IMG/VR virus record: IMGVR_UViG_3300035208_006730 | DNA length: 64,000 nt | Source: a virus | Taxonomy: Duplodnaviria > Caudoviricetes | Direction: 5' to 3' (one strand) | Shown here: positions 10,021 through 19,283 of the stretch, piece by piece | How positions within the stretch are numbered: the first letter of the stretch is position 1 | Layout of the letters: every line of letters starts with the position of its first letter | Notes under the pieces: model-generated | What the model saw: the letters and a program-made list of their open reading frames with translations, nothing else | What the model was told of the DNA's origin: nothing | Databases searched by the model: none | Translations under genes and position numbers: made by a program

Positions 10021-10320
10021 ATGAAGATTATGGACATCAAAGAATTCCGTTCTATTGGACTTCTTCAAGAAATCAATCGTCAATTTCTTCATCCTATGGG
10101 ACTTGCTCTCATAGTTGAAATAGATGACTCAGGATTAGAAAGCCTTTCTGGAATCCAAGATTATCGAGATGATCCTGAAGGAATGGCCTATCTAGACGAA
10201 ATGCTAGTACAGCCAGAGTCAATTCAAAAAGCAGATGATGTATCCAAACTTTTCGAAGCTAAAAGAGAATATCGAGAAAAGAATCTTGGCTGGCATGTTC
10301 AACTAATAGGAAAGAAATGA
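10021..10320 (+). CDS. Hypothetical phage protein
   Basis: 99 aa, ATGA-coupled to the polymerase gene. Confidence 0.7.
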   Translation: MKIMDIKEFRSIGLLQEINRQFLHPMGLALIVEIDDSGLESLSGIQDYRDDPEGMAYLDEMLVQPESIQKADDVSKLFEAKREYREKNLGWHVQLIGKK

Positions 10321-13300
10321 AGACTAATTTAGAACTCTATTTCGAATGGAAGTGCTTCGAGGGATTAAAAGCTCGAGGACTAGATAACGAACAGTATCGA
10401 AAACAATTAAATTACGAAATAGAGATCATCGAACAAAAAGGATTTCCAGGATACTTCTTGGTTGTCCAGGATCTTTTCAACTGGACAAGAAGAAACGATA
10501 TCTACTTTGGACCAGGTCGAGGTAGTGTTGTTGGATCTTTAATTGCCTACTGTCTTGGAATCACAAACTTAGATCCAATCAAATACGGATTAATCTTCGA
10601 AAGATTTATTAATCCAGGACGTATGAGTCCTCCAGATATAGATATGGATTTTGAGAAGTCTCGTCGAGAAGATGTCGTTAAATATGTTTCTGATAAATAT
10701 GGAAAGAACTGTGTTTCAGGAATCGGGACTATCGGAACAATGAAAGCTAAGCAGGCTATTCAAAGAGTCTGCAAAGTTCTTGGTTATTCTCTTGAAACTG
10801 GTCTTGAGATTCGTCGATTACTTCTACCTCCAAAAGCTGGTAAACCAACTCCACTCAAAGATTCAATCGAAGCGGTTCCAGAACTACAATTAGAACTAGA
10901 TGCTAAATCTCCAAAAGGAGAGATTCTTAAATGGGCATTGAAATTTGAAGACCGTATTAGTCAAAAGGGTGCTCATGCATGTTTTACTGGAGATTCATTA
11001 TTATGGACAGATCAAGGGCAAAAAGAAATAAAATCTCTTGTAGGACAAGAAGTAATTATTGCAACCTCAGATGGCTGGAAAAGAGGAACCGTTATAGACT
11101 CTGGTTTAAGGCAAATCTGTCAAATGACATGGAGTTATTCCAAATTTTCAAGTAGAAAAAGAACCACCAATCTTACTTTAGATCAATTAATTAAAATAGA
11201 TGACGGATGGATTAAAGCAAAAAATTCAATTAACTCTATTCTTAGTTTATCTCCAATGCAAAATTTAGATCTAATAGATGAACTCGCTGGTTGGTTTTGG
11301 AATGATGGAGGATATCGACTTAACGTTGGAATAATCTGTTTTAATACTAAAAAGGATTATGAAGCACAAATCCGATTTAGTTCATTATTGAATTCACAAC
11401 ATAAAGGAGCTCCACATAAATTTAATTTACCAATAAGAATTATACACGAGATTGAAAAAAGATTTAAAAATGGATTTAAGAATCTTAGACATGTAAAGGG
11501 ATGTCCAGAATTTAATAGTTTATCTTCAAAAATTGCTTGGCTTCGAGGAATGTTTTCTGCAAATGCTACAGTTCAACGCGGAAGTATCCGACTTAAATTA
11601 ACGTCTAAAGCTCTTTGTCAATTTATTCGAGATGAAGTTGATTCTCTAGGATTTACTTGTTCTCATTTATCTGAATGTCATTCTTCTCCTATCATTAAGG
11701 GAAAAAAAGTAAATAGTAGACCTTCATTCCAGTTTGAAATGTCAACTCAATCTGCATGGAATTTTGCTAATTTAATTGGATTTATACAGTCTTATAAACA
11801 GAAGAAAATTCTATCTCAAAAAATTCAGAAGATAGAAATAAAAGATATTCAACCTACCTATGATTTTTCAATTATAGATGAACAAGATTTCAATCTTCAA
11901 AATGGATATATAAACGGTATTTTAGTTCATAATAGCGGGATAATCATCACAGATCATCCAATCTCTGAAACAGCGCCACTACAAAGAGCTAAAGGCGATC
12001 AATTTGTTTCTCAATGGGATATGGGAACAATAGAAGAGGTGGGTCTTGTTAAATTTGATTTCCTAGGTTTGAAAACTCTCGATAAGATGCATTATGCAAT
12101 TGATATTATTCGAGAGAGAACTGGAAAACAAATTGACATTAACTCTATTTCTCCAGATGATCCCAAGGTATTTGACTTTATTCAAAAGGGTCAGCTTCTT
12201 GGAATCTTTCAGTTAGAAGGTTCGCAAGGAATTACAGATCTTTCTGTCAAAGTAAAACCTAAATGTCTAGAAGATCTATCAGCAATCCTAGCAATATTTC
12301 GACCTGGTCCTCTCCAAAGTTCGGGAATGCAAGATTATCTTCATTGGCGAGCAGGTGCTTCTGGTGTTTTTCTTATTCCAGAATTTGAAGAAATTCTGAA
12401 AGAAACTGGAGGCTTTATTATCTATCAAGAGCAAGTTCTTGAAATAGCTAGAAAGCTAGCAAAGTATAATTATACTGAGGCTGATAACTTTAGAAGATGT
12501 GTTGACGGAGAAACACTTTTTAATACGAAAGATGGATTACGAAAGATAAGTTGGCTAGCTGAAAATTCTAAAAAACCAGAAATTCTAACTCTCTCTAACT
12601 ATGAGTACAAATATAATCAGGCAAGAACAGTTTTCAGTTCAGGCTTTAAAGATACCATAAAGGTCATAACTGATAGTGGAACTGAATTAATATGTACTCC
12701 AGATCATAGAGTCTTTACTAATTATGGCTGGATGGAGGCTAAAGATTTAAATAGTGACTGTTTCTTACTCCACTGTATCGAAGAAAACTTCGGTTCATTT
12801 AAAATTGAAGAAGATATTCTTTTTCTCATAATAGCTCTTATCACGGAGGGATATTGTCCAGAAGAAAAGAATAGTTGGTACTTTTGTAACTCTAATGAAT
12901 TTTATATTAAAAAATTTTCTGATATATGTTCTCGTTTTTTAGGCTTTATTCCTAATCAATGGAAACAAAATAATACTTATTATGTTTCTGTTCCATTAAT
13001 TCTGCGAAATTTTTTAGAGCTTCATGGATTAATTCCGGGACTATCAAGAACAAAAAAACTTCCACAAGACTTTCTTAGACTTACAAGAGAACTTACCTTA
13101 AAAATGTTAGGATGGCTAATTGATTTTGATGGATATGTAGCCTTCAATGTAGATGGTTCACATGAGATGGGATATTCTTCGCGTTCAAAAGAGTTGGCTA
13201 AACAAATAAAGATAATAATGGAAAATTGTGGATTACGAAGTCTCTTTTCTAAAACGAATGTGAAGAATGAACCTCAATATCTTGCAAGTATTCGTGATAT

Positions 13301-15107
13301 AAAAGATTTAAAGATTATTGTAAATCTTCTTATTCCTTATAGTATAAAATGTAAAGATATTTCATTTCGAGAGCAACGAGAAAGTTTTACTTGTCATAAC
13401 GTTCCCCATAATATATGGTTCCCAATTATAGAAAATTTAATCAACAATTCAGGATTCTCGAGAAATAATATACTTTCAGGAGAAAGTGGTAGATATTTTT
13501 CTAAGTCGATAACAAAAGTAACTCTTAAGAAAATGCTTTCAGTTTGTGGAAGATCAAAAGCTCTTGAATTTTATTGTGGAGATAATAATTATTGGGATCG
13601 AGTTAGATCTATAAAAGATAATGGTAAAATCCAGGTTTTTGACTTTACAATGTCTTCTGAGGTAACTCCATGTGCATTTGGCAATAATCTTCTTATTCAT
13701 AATTCAATCGGCAAAAAAAAAGTAGATATTATCAAAAAAGAATATGAAAAGTTTCAAAGAGGTTGGTTGTCATCTAGTCTTGCCCAGGAAAAGTTAGATA
13801 TTTTCTGGGCGCAACTACTTGGATTTGCTGACTATCTTTTTAATAAGAGCCATTCTATGGCTTATGGATTTCTTAGTTATCAAACTGCCTATCTAAAAAC
13901 CTATTTCCCAGTAGAGTTTCTTACCGCCTGTATGATTCAAGATGCAACTGACTTAAATCAGATGACAAAATATCTTGGTGAATGTAAACGTATGGGAATT
14001 AGGGTATTGCCGCCCGATATTAATCGAAGTTCAGAAGACTTTATTATCACAGATCAGAACGAAATACAGTTCGGTCTTCTGCCAATCAAAGGAATTGGAG
14101 TTGGAACTGTTAAAGAGATTATGTCTAAGCGTAGGTCAGGCAGACCATACAAGGATATTCAAGATTTTTGTGATCGAGTTAATCTTTCTAAAGTAAACCG
14201 GAAACATCTAGAAGCTTTAGTTAATGGTGGAGCATTTGATTTTTCTGGCCAGACTCGAGCATCTCTAATCAACTGGATTGATCGATATTGGGCTTGGATG
14301 GATCTCAATGATTCCTATCAAAAGAAGATGGAGACTTTTTCTAAAAGAGTTATTGCCTTCGAAGAAAGAGAAAAATTAATCCAGGAAGCTCAAATAAAAC
14401 TTGCCGCTCTACTGGAAACCCCAGGTGTAACTAAAGAACAGTTAAAAGAAGCGAAAGCTTTTGCTCGAAAGCCTAAGCTAAAAAAACCAGAACGACCAGA
14501 AATAATTGAAACGCCTTCAATGATCTATTGTCCAGAACAACGAGCAGACCTATTACGTCTCGAGCATGAGCTTCTCGGATTCTTCGTTTCAGGCCATCCT
14601 CTCGAAAAGTTTCCTATTGCTGAGGAAGGCATTGACGCTATTGATACTTTGAAAGATTCATCTGATGGATTTATGACTAAAATTAGATGTGTCCCTATTC
14701 TTGTCAAGGATCATGTAACTAAAGCCAAAAAAGAAAAGATGGTCTTTGTTGAGCTAGAGGATCAGACTGGACGCATTGAAGGCGTAATGTTTCCAAAGGC
14801 CTATTCAAAATATGGTAAGCTTTTGCAACCTCTCACTCCTTGTATTGTAACTGTCAGAGTAGAAATAGTAGAGAATGAAGATGAAGAAGGAGAAGGATCT
14901 ACTAGAATAGCAAAGATACAGATTCAAAAAGTAGAAACATTAGACACTGGAGCATCAATGAAAAAGATTTCAGTTACACCTGCAAAGCTAGAAAATGTTA
15001 ACCTCATTCAATACGGAGAAGCAGTCAATCTCGAGATCAATTTTCTTTCTGGACTCGTAATTGAATTGGTCAAACCTGTGAGAGTGGAGTATGAAAAAGC
15101 TAATTGA
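10317..15107 (+). CDS. dnaE: DNA polymerase III alpha catalytic subunit (no PHP), two inteins
   Basis: GPGRGS, FERFINPGR, PDIDMDF, KFDFLGLKTL, RPGP, YQEQV, FNKSHS..Y, LPPDINRS, HhH IKGIG, GAFD, SGHP, OB-fold ELEDQTG. Confidence 0.97.
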   Translation: MKTNLELYFEWKCFEGLKARGLDNEQYRKQLNYEIEIIEQKGFPGYFLVVQDLFNWTRRNDIYFGPGRGSVVGSLIAYCLGITNLDPIKYGLIFERFINPGRMSPPDIDMDFEKSRREDVVKYVSDKYGKNCVSGIGTIGTMKAKQAIQRVCKVLGYSLETGLEIRRLLLPPKAGKPTPLKDSIEAVPELQLELDAKSPKGEILKWALKFEDRISQKGAHACFTGDSLLWTDQGQKEIKSLVGQEVIIATSDGWKRGTVIDSGLRQICQMTWSYSKFSSRKRTTNLTLDQLIKIDDGWIKAKNSINSILSLSPMQNLDLIDELAGWFWNDGGYRLNVGIICFNTKKDYEAQIRFSSLLNSQHKGAPHKFNLPIRIIHEIEKRFKNGFKNLRHVKGCPEFNSLSSKIAWLRGMFSANATVQRGSIRLKLTSKALCQFIRDEVDSLGFTCSHLSECHSSPIIKGKKVNSRPSFQFEMSTQSAWNFANLIGFIQSYKQKKILSQKIQKIEIKDIQPTYDFSIIDEQDFNLQNGYINGILVHNSGIIITDHPISETAPLQRAKGDQFVSQWDMGTIEEVGLVKFDFLGLKTLDKMHYAIDIIRERTGKQIDINSISPDDPKVFDFIQKGQLLGIFQLEGSQGITDLSVKVKPKCLEDLSAILAIFRPGPLQSSGMQDYLHWRAGASGVFLIPEFEEILKETGGFIIYQEQVLEIARKLAKYNYTEADNFRRCVDGETLFNTKDGLRKISWLAENSKKPEILTLSNYEYKYNQARTVFSSGFKDTIKVITDSGTELICTPDHRVFTNYGWMEAKDLNSDCFLLHCIEENFGSFKIEEDILFLIIALITEGYCPEEKNSWYFCNSNEFYIKKFSDICSRFLGFIPNQWKQNNTYYVSVPLILRNFLELHGLIPGLSRTKKLPQDFLRLTRELTLKMLGWLIDFDGYVAFNVDGSHEMGYSSRSKELAKQIKIIMENCGLRSLFSKTNVKNEPQYLASIRDIKDLKIIVNLLIPYSIKCKDISFREQRESFTCHNVPHNIWFPIIENLINNSGFSRNNILSGESGRYFSKSITKVTLKKMLSVCGRSKALEFYCGDNNYWDRVRSIKDNGKIQVFDFTMSSEVTPCAFGNNLLIHNSIGKKKVDIIKKEYEKFQRGWLSSSLAQEKLDIFWAQLLGFADYLFNKSHSMAYGFLSYQTAYLKTYFPVEFLTACMIQDATDLNQMTKYLGECKRMGIRVLPPDINRSSEDFIITDQNEIQFGLLPIKGIGVGTVKEIMSKRRSGRPYKDIQDFCDRVNLSKVNRKHLEALVNGGAFDFSGQTRASLINWIDRYWAWMDLNDSYQKKMETFSKRVIAFEEREKLIQEAQIKLAALLETPGVTKEQLKEAKAFARKPKLKKPERPEIIETPSMIYCPEQRADLLRLEHELLGFFVSGHPLEKFPIAEEGIDAIDTLKDSSDGFMTKIRCVPILVKDHVTKAKKEKMVFVELEDQTGRIEGVMFPKAYSKYGKLLQPLTPCIVTVRVEIVENEDEEGEGSTRIAKIQIQKVETLDTGASMKKISVTPAKLENVNLIQYGEAVNLEINFLSGLVIELVKPVRVEYEKAN
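10980..11933 (+). mobile_element. Intein 1 in DnaE (318 aa, LAGLIDADG type)
   Basis: GAHA|CFTGDS...GILVHN|SGIIIT; removal restores the conserved HA(A/S)G motif. Confidence 0.93.
12498..13703 (+). mobile_element. Intein 2 in DnaE (402 aa, LAGLIDADG type)
   Basis: ADNFRR|CVDGET...CTPDHR...LIDFDG...NLLIHN|SIGKKK. Confidence 0.95.
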
Positions 15108-15225
15108 TGTTATCGGAATTCTTGGCATTTTAATGGTTGTCGGTTGTTTGACTGTTCCTGTTCCTGCCATTTCTCCTCTCTTACTTATTGCCTTTATTAT
15201 CTATTGCGTAGGAAAGAGAAAGTAG
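15091..15225 (+). CDS. Small membrane protein (44 aa, not in ORF track)
   Basis: MKKLIDVIGILGILMVVGCLTVPVPAISPLLLIAFIIYCVGKRK, two hydrophobic segments. Confidence 0.55.
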   Translation: MKKLIDVIGILGILMVVGCLTVPVPAISPLLLIAFIIYCVGKRK

Positions 15226-15255
15226 GATATAATAAGGGCTAATAAGGGAGGTTTC

Positions 15256-16398
15256 ATGGACATACACCCATGGTCTGATAGAGAAAAGTATCTATTTCTG
15301 GCACTACGACGTTCATTGGGATCAAAAGAAATATTTGATATTTTTAAAGCTCTTGGATATGAACGTAGTTATGTCTCAATAAGAAAATTTGCGCAACGAC
15401 AAGGCCGAATAGAAAAAGGTCCAATCATTGGAGAATTCTCTAGAGAAGAACGAGATGCTATTGAAGATGTGATTGGAAAAGAAAAGTTTGAGTTCTATTT
15501 CCAGAAAGGCATTAGCCTTTTGCCTCCTAAAAAAGATTCTCTTTCTGAAACTCTTTCTCTCATTAATGAACATGCTTCAAAGGTTAAGATCTGTCCAATC
15601 AAAAAGCAATCAATTAGTGGAGAACAAGTTGTTGTCTGTCTTTCGGACATTCATTATGGGTCTACTGTCAGAGATCCTCAAACTGGTGAAGAAATTTACA
15701 ATCAGACCATTGCTCTAAAAAGATTAACTGATCTTCCAAGTCGACTAATAGGCTGTATTCCTCAACGAAAATATGCTGGAGTAACAATAGTCCTTGCCGG
15801 AGATATTGTTGATGGAGAGGATATCTATCCCACTCATTCTAGGCATTCTACCATTCCTGTTATTGATCAAGTTAAAGATCTTGTGGAAGCTCTTTGGATT
15901 AATATCTGTTCTCTGAATCGGATATTTCCAAATGTTAGAGTTGTTTGTGTAGCAGGAAATCATGGTCGAGGTGGCGATAGATTTGATGAAAGAAGTAATT
16001 GGGACAATGTTGTTTATCAACAGTTATTGCTTCTTTCTCGAATGCAAATTGATGTGAATGTCCAGGTTCAAGTATCCTTTGGTTCCTCATTTAATTTCGA
16101 TGTTAATGGCTGGACAGGCCATGTTCGACACTATGGAGTACGTCACGACGGAACTGCAGGTATGGAACAAAAAATGGGTGGCTGGCTAGCCGAACATTCG
16201 TTCGATTTTCTAATCTGTGGCCATTTCCATACTGCAGGAATTCTTACCTATAACGGACGGTATATCTTTAGGAACGGTGCAGTAATGCCTCCAAATGATC
16301 TTGCTGATAGAATGGCAAAATCAGATATTCCTCGTCAAATAGTTTTTGGAGTTTCAGAAGAAACACTTCCAACCTTTGTGGGATTTCTTACATGGTAA
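15256..16398 (+). CDS. Calcineurin-like metallophosphoesterase with N-terminal HTH-like region
   Basis: LSDIHYG, AGDIVDG, GNHG, HVRH, CGHFH; GGGAGG RBS. Confidence 0.9.
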   Translation: MDIHPWSDREKYLFLALRRSLGSKEIFDIFKALGYERSYVSIRKFAQRQGRIEKGPIIGEFSREERDAIEDVIGKEKFEFYFQKGISLLPPKKDSLSETLSLINEHASKVKICPIKKQSISGEQVVVCLSDIHYGSTVRDPQTGEEIYNQTIALKRLTDLPSRLIGCIPQRKYAGVTIVLAGDIVDGEDIYPTHSRHSTIPVIDQVKDLVEALWINICSLNRIFPNVRVVCVAGNHGRGGDRFDERSNWDNVVYQQLLLLSRMQIDVNVQVQVSFGSSFNFDVNGWTGHVRHYGVRHDGTAGMEQKMGGWLAEHSFDFLICGHFHTAGILTYNGRYIFRNGAVMPPNDLADRMAKSDIPRQIVFGVSEETLPTFVGFLTW

Positions 16399-16643
16399 CC
16401 TGGAAAGAACAACGAGAATTTACAAAAGTAAAAATAGATGAATTAAAGCCATTCGAATTCGTTAATCCAAATGAAACCTATTTTTTAATAGATACCATCT
16501 ATTACAGAACTGAAGAAGAACGTCAAACCATTATGAAAGAAATTCAAGATAAATTTATTGGAGAACCCAACACTGAAGAAACTCATTACAAGATTCAGCA
16601 ATGGATTCTTCAAAAACAACGAGAAATGGAATGTTCATGGTAA
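16392..16643 (+). CDS. Hypothetical protein
   Basis: Packed operon. Confidence 0.55.
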   Translation: MVTWKEQREFTKVKIDELKPFEFVNPNETYFLIDTIYYRTEEERQTIMKEIQDKFIGEPNTEETHYKIQQWILQKQREMECSW

Positions 16644-16882
16644 ATACAAAAAATTATCAACGTGGATTCAACGATGCCTATCAGGATAGATGTGAAGGTG
16701 CTCCATTTGCTTCTATAGGAGGAATGGATAAAAGACTTTCTCCTATACTCCCAGACTATATCAGACAACAAGCTAAAGTTCCATATTTGAATGGATATAT
16801 GGCCTGTTGTCAAGAAGCGTTCGGAGATACATGGAAGACTGATAATTTTCAATGGATTCCAGCTATTGAGATTAGAGGATAA
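16601..16882 (+). CDS. Hypothetical protein (start possibly 16637)
   Basis: Packed operon. Confidence 0.55.
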   Translation: MDSSKTTRNGMFMVNTKNYQRGFNDAYQDRCEGAPFASIGGMDKRLSPILPDYIRQQAKVPYLNGYMACCQEAFGDTWKTDNFQWIPAIEIRG

Positions 16883-16884
16883 AA

Positions 16885-17466
16885 ATGGAAAGAAAATGTT
16901 GGACTCAATCACTATCTGGTATGGAAATTGACTTTCACAATCCAGATCCAAATAATATCTTTATTGATGATATAGCTCATTCTCTGAGTCACATCTGCCG
17001 ATTTACAGGGGCTATCCCAAAATTTTATTCAGTCGCTCAGCATTGTTGTATCTGTGCAATGCATGTTCCAAAAGAATTTAAACTTACAGCACTCCTTCAT
17101 GATGCTGCAGAAGCATTTATTCAAGATGTTAACTCTCCACTAAAAAAGGCAATGAGAGAGATAGCCGAGACAACATCTGATTATTCACTTTATGGAGTGA
17201 CATCTTCTCCTTATGATATTATTGAAGAACGAATGAATCTTCTGATCTCTGAAAAGTTTGGAACGATCTATCCATTTCCTCTTGAGGTTATTGAGGCGGA
17301 TTTGAGAGCATTAGCAACTGAAGCAACTTCTTTTGGTTGTTTAGATCGTGCGCCGAAAAGTTGGGATCTCCCATTTCCTGCCTATAAAAAACTGATTACT
17401 CCTCAGACTTCCAAGACTGCTAAAAAGAAATTTCTTGAGCTCTTCCATTCTTTAACGGAGGGTTAA
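16885..17466 (+). CDS. HD-domain phosphohydrolase (YfbR-like deoxynucleotidase)
   Basis: IDDIAHSLSHICRF, YSVAQH, LLHDAAEA, ADLRALATE. Confidence 0.9.
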   Translation: MERKCWTQSLSGMEIDFHNPDPNNIFIDDIAHSLSHICRFTGAIPKFYSVAQHCCICAMHVPKEFKLTALLHDAAEAFIQDVNSPLKKAMREIAETTSDYSLYGVTSSPYDIIEERMNLLISEKFGTIYPFPLEVIEADLRALATEATSFGCLDRAPKSWDLPFPAYKKLITPQTSKTAKKKFLELFHSLTEG

Positions 17467-17765
17467 TGAAAAAATCTGTAGGAACTCAATGCCGAGAAGG
17501 ACTAGAGAAATTCAACAAAAATAAAGGGAGTAAACACAAAGAAGCAATAGCCCTTTCAGAAAGAAATCATCGAAGAGTTGAGAGAGTAAAAATTCTGCGG
17601 GAAATAGAACAACTCCTAGGAGAAAAAGAGTTTGAAAAGAAAGCGATTACTCTCCGAAAAATGGAGACAGAACTTCTCAAAAGTTTTCTCAAAGAAATAA
17701 AGGAAAAGAAAAATGACAGAGGTAGTAAAGACAAGAAAAAAGAAATCAATGATTCGAGGAATTGA
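17466..17765 (+). CDS. Basic hypothetical protein
   Basis: TAATG coupling, GGAGGG RBS. Confidence 0.55.
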   Translation: MKKSVGTQCREGLEKFNKNKGSKHKEAIALSERNHRRVERVKILREIEQLLGEKEFEKKAITLRKMETELLKSFLKEIKEKKNDRGSKDKKKEINDSRN

Positions 17766-17955
17766 CGGAGTTCCAATTGAAGTAAGTCTTTCTCGAACAA
17801 CAGCTATTAAAGTTTTTTGTACCGAATGTATGGGAGATGGAGAGAATCCAAAAGAATGTACTTCACCTCTCTGTCCTCTATTCCTTTTTAGAGGCAAGTC
17901 AATGATCTCAAGAGGCAAAAGGAAAAAGCATGCAGAAACCCCAAGTCAACAATGA
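17713..17955 (+). CDS. Small Cys4 metal-binding phage protein
   Basis: AIKVFCTECMG...ECTSPLCPLFLFR. Confidence 0.65.
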   Translation: MTEVVKTRKKKSMIRGIDGVPIEVSLSRTTAIKVFCTECMGDGENPKECTSPLCPLFLFRGKSMISRGKRKKHAETPSQQ

Positions 17956-18301
17956 AACAGATGAAATAGTATTTTCAGATGATTCAGAACCAGAAATGTT
18001 TTATGGAATTGGATTTCAAGAGGAGAAACCTATGAGCGAATTCGTAACAAGGTATGGCCTTGGATTTGGAGAACCAGTGACATCACTCTATGCAATAGAT
18101 GTTCCAGACTTTCCGAAGTTTCCTCAGGACTTCAAAGAAACTCTTGCTGATCCTTATACACAGGATTTAATACAGAGAGTTAAAGATCTCAAAAATCTTC
18201 TTCTTATCTGCTATCAGGTTCTTCAGGATAAGAAAGCAAAGAAAAATGAAAAAGAAGATCTGATTAATCAAATCAGAGAAACCCTAACCACAATAGGATA
18301 A
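17930..18301 (+). CDS. Hypothetical protein
   Basis: Packed operon. Confidence 0.55.
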   Translation: MQKPQVNNETDEIVFSDDSEPEMFYGIGFQEEKPMSEFVTRYGLGFGEPVTSLYAIDVPDFPKFPQDFKETLADPYTQDLIQRVKDLKNLLLICYQVLQDKKAKKNEKEDLINQIRETLTTIG

Positions 18302-18304
18302 CAG

Positions 18305-18829
18305 ATGGAAAACAACGTAGTAGACATGCAAGGGAAACCAGTTGTGAATGATACTCGTGCTGAATCAGGAGCAGAAGATCAAGAAGTGAAGACTGAAGAG
18401 GTTAAAGAAGCTCCAGCTGATCTTCAAGTTGTCAAGCCTCTTCGAGATCTTCAATCAACCTATCAAGAAGCAATGGCTGAAGCCCACACTTTCCTATCTA
18501 AAGGATCGATTGTTGCTTCACCTTCCAACAAATCAATGGCTAAAGGAATGAGAGCTCTAACCGTTGCCGTTGATTGCCAGCATGCATTTTTGAATATGAT
18601 GGCAGAAGATCTTGAGAATGTGATTCAAAAACTTGAAGAGATCCGTCTGAATCAGTTTATGCAAGGTCATTCAATGGCGGATTTACGAGACATTCTGATC
18701 AAGGGTAATATAGTCCCCGAAGAGGTTATGCAAGAGTCCTGGAATAAACATTTGGAAGCTGTCAAGGCAGAAGTCCAAGCTCAAAAAGATGCTACTGAAG
18801 CAATGGCTGCACCCGCCGAAACGAAGTAA
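18305..18829 (+). CDS. Hypothetical helical protein
   Basis: 174 aa, last gene of the + strand block. Confidence 0.7.
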   Translation: MENNVVDMQGKPVVNDTRAESGAEDQEVKTEEVKEAPADLQVVKPLRDLQSTYQEAMAEAHTFLSKGSIVASPSNKSMAKGMRALTVAVDCQHAFLNMMAEDLENVIQKLEEIRLNQFMQGHSMADLRDILIKGNIVPEEVMQESWNKHLEAVKAEVQAQKDATEAMAAPAETK

Positions 18830-19283
18830 GTTTTCCTTCGATCATTATTCTTTTCTTCTCATCTAAAGATAAAAAAATCCATTCTCTTTCTATTGGCTCC
18901 TGGGGTTCGAGAGCTTCGGGATTCAAAAGAATTCTATTTCTTATTCCTTCGAGAATGAATACTACTCTTTGAATCCCAATATTCGTTAGATAAAATCCAA
19001 GACTTCCCTTGCAGTTAGTCCAAAATTTCTTTTTTCTTTTCAAATTAAACCACTGAGTAATACCTCGCCAAAATTCTAGTCTTAATTCTTGTTCTAGATC
19101 TTCTCGTTCTGGAAGATGGCGAAAAATTACTGGAGAAAATTTACACCAGTTATTGAATCTTTTGGAAATTGAATCTTCTTTTAAATAGAGACCAAAGGTG
19201 AGATCAGTTAATTTTTGGACTAGATATTCGTAACTAAGAAGAACTTTTTTCATGAAGTACGAACCTTTTAAAAAGCTTTTCAA
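18792..19283 (-). CDS. Hypothetical protein with sigma70 region-2-like segment
   Basis: REDLEQELRLEFWRGI...SLGFYL resembles sigma region 2.2-2.3. Confidence 0.45.
   Translation of the reverse strand: MKSFLKGSYFMKKVLLSYEYLVQKLTDLTFGLYLKEDSISKRFNNWCKFSPVIFRHLPEREDLEQELRLEFWRGITQWFNLKRKKKFWTNCKGSLGFYLTNIGIQRVVFILEGIRNRILLNPEALEPQEPIEREWIFLSLDEKKRIMIEGKLTSFRRVQPLLQ

Noticed and set aside
9949-10022. Decayed paralog of ORF 9563-9952 (MNQEL... then LKSQQEK)
   Set aside because: Similarity is short and low-complexity; cannot be supported.
9349-10350. Split intein or group I/II intron joining the two dnaE parts
   Set aside because: No Cys-start or HN-end intein halves at the gene ends; the gap is filled with ordinary ORFs, leaving no room for a ribozyme core.
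16885-17466. DatZ / Z-genome pathway
   Set aside because: No purZ or mazZ in the window; an HD hydrolase alone is not diagnostic.
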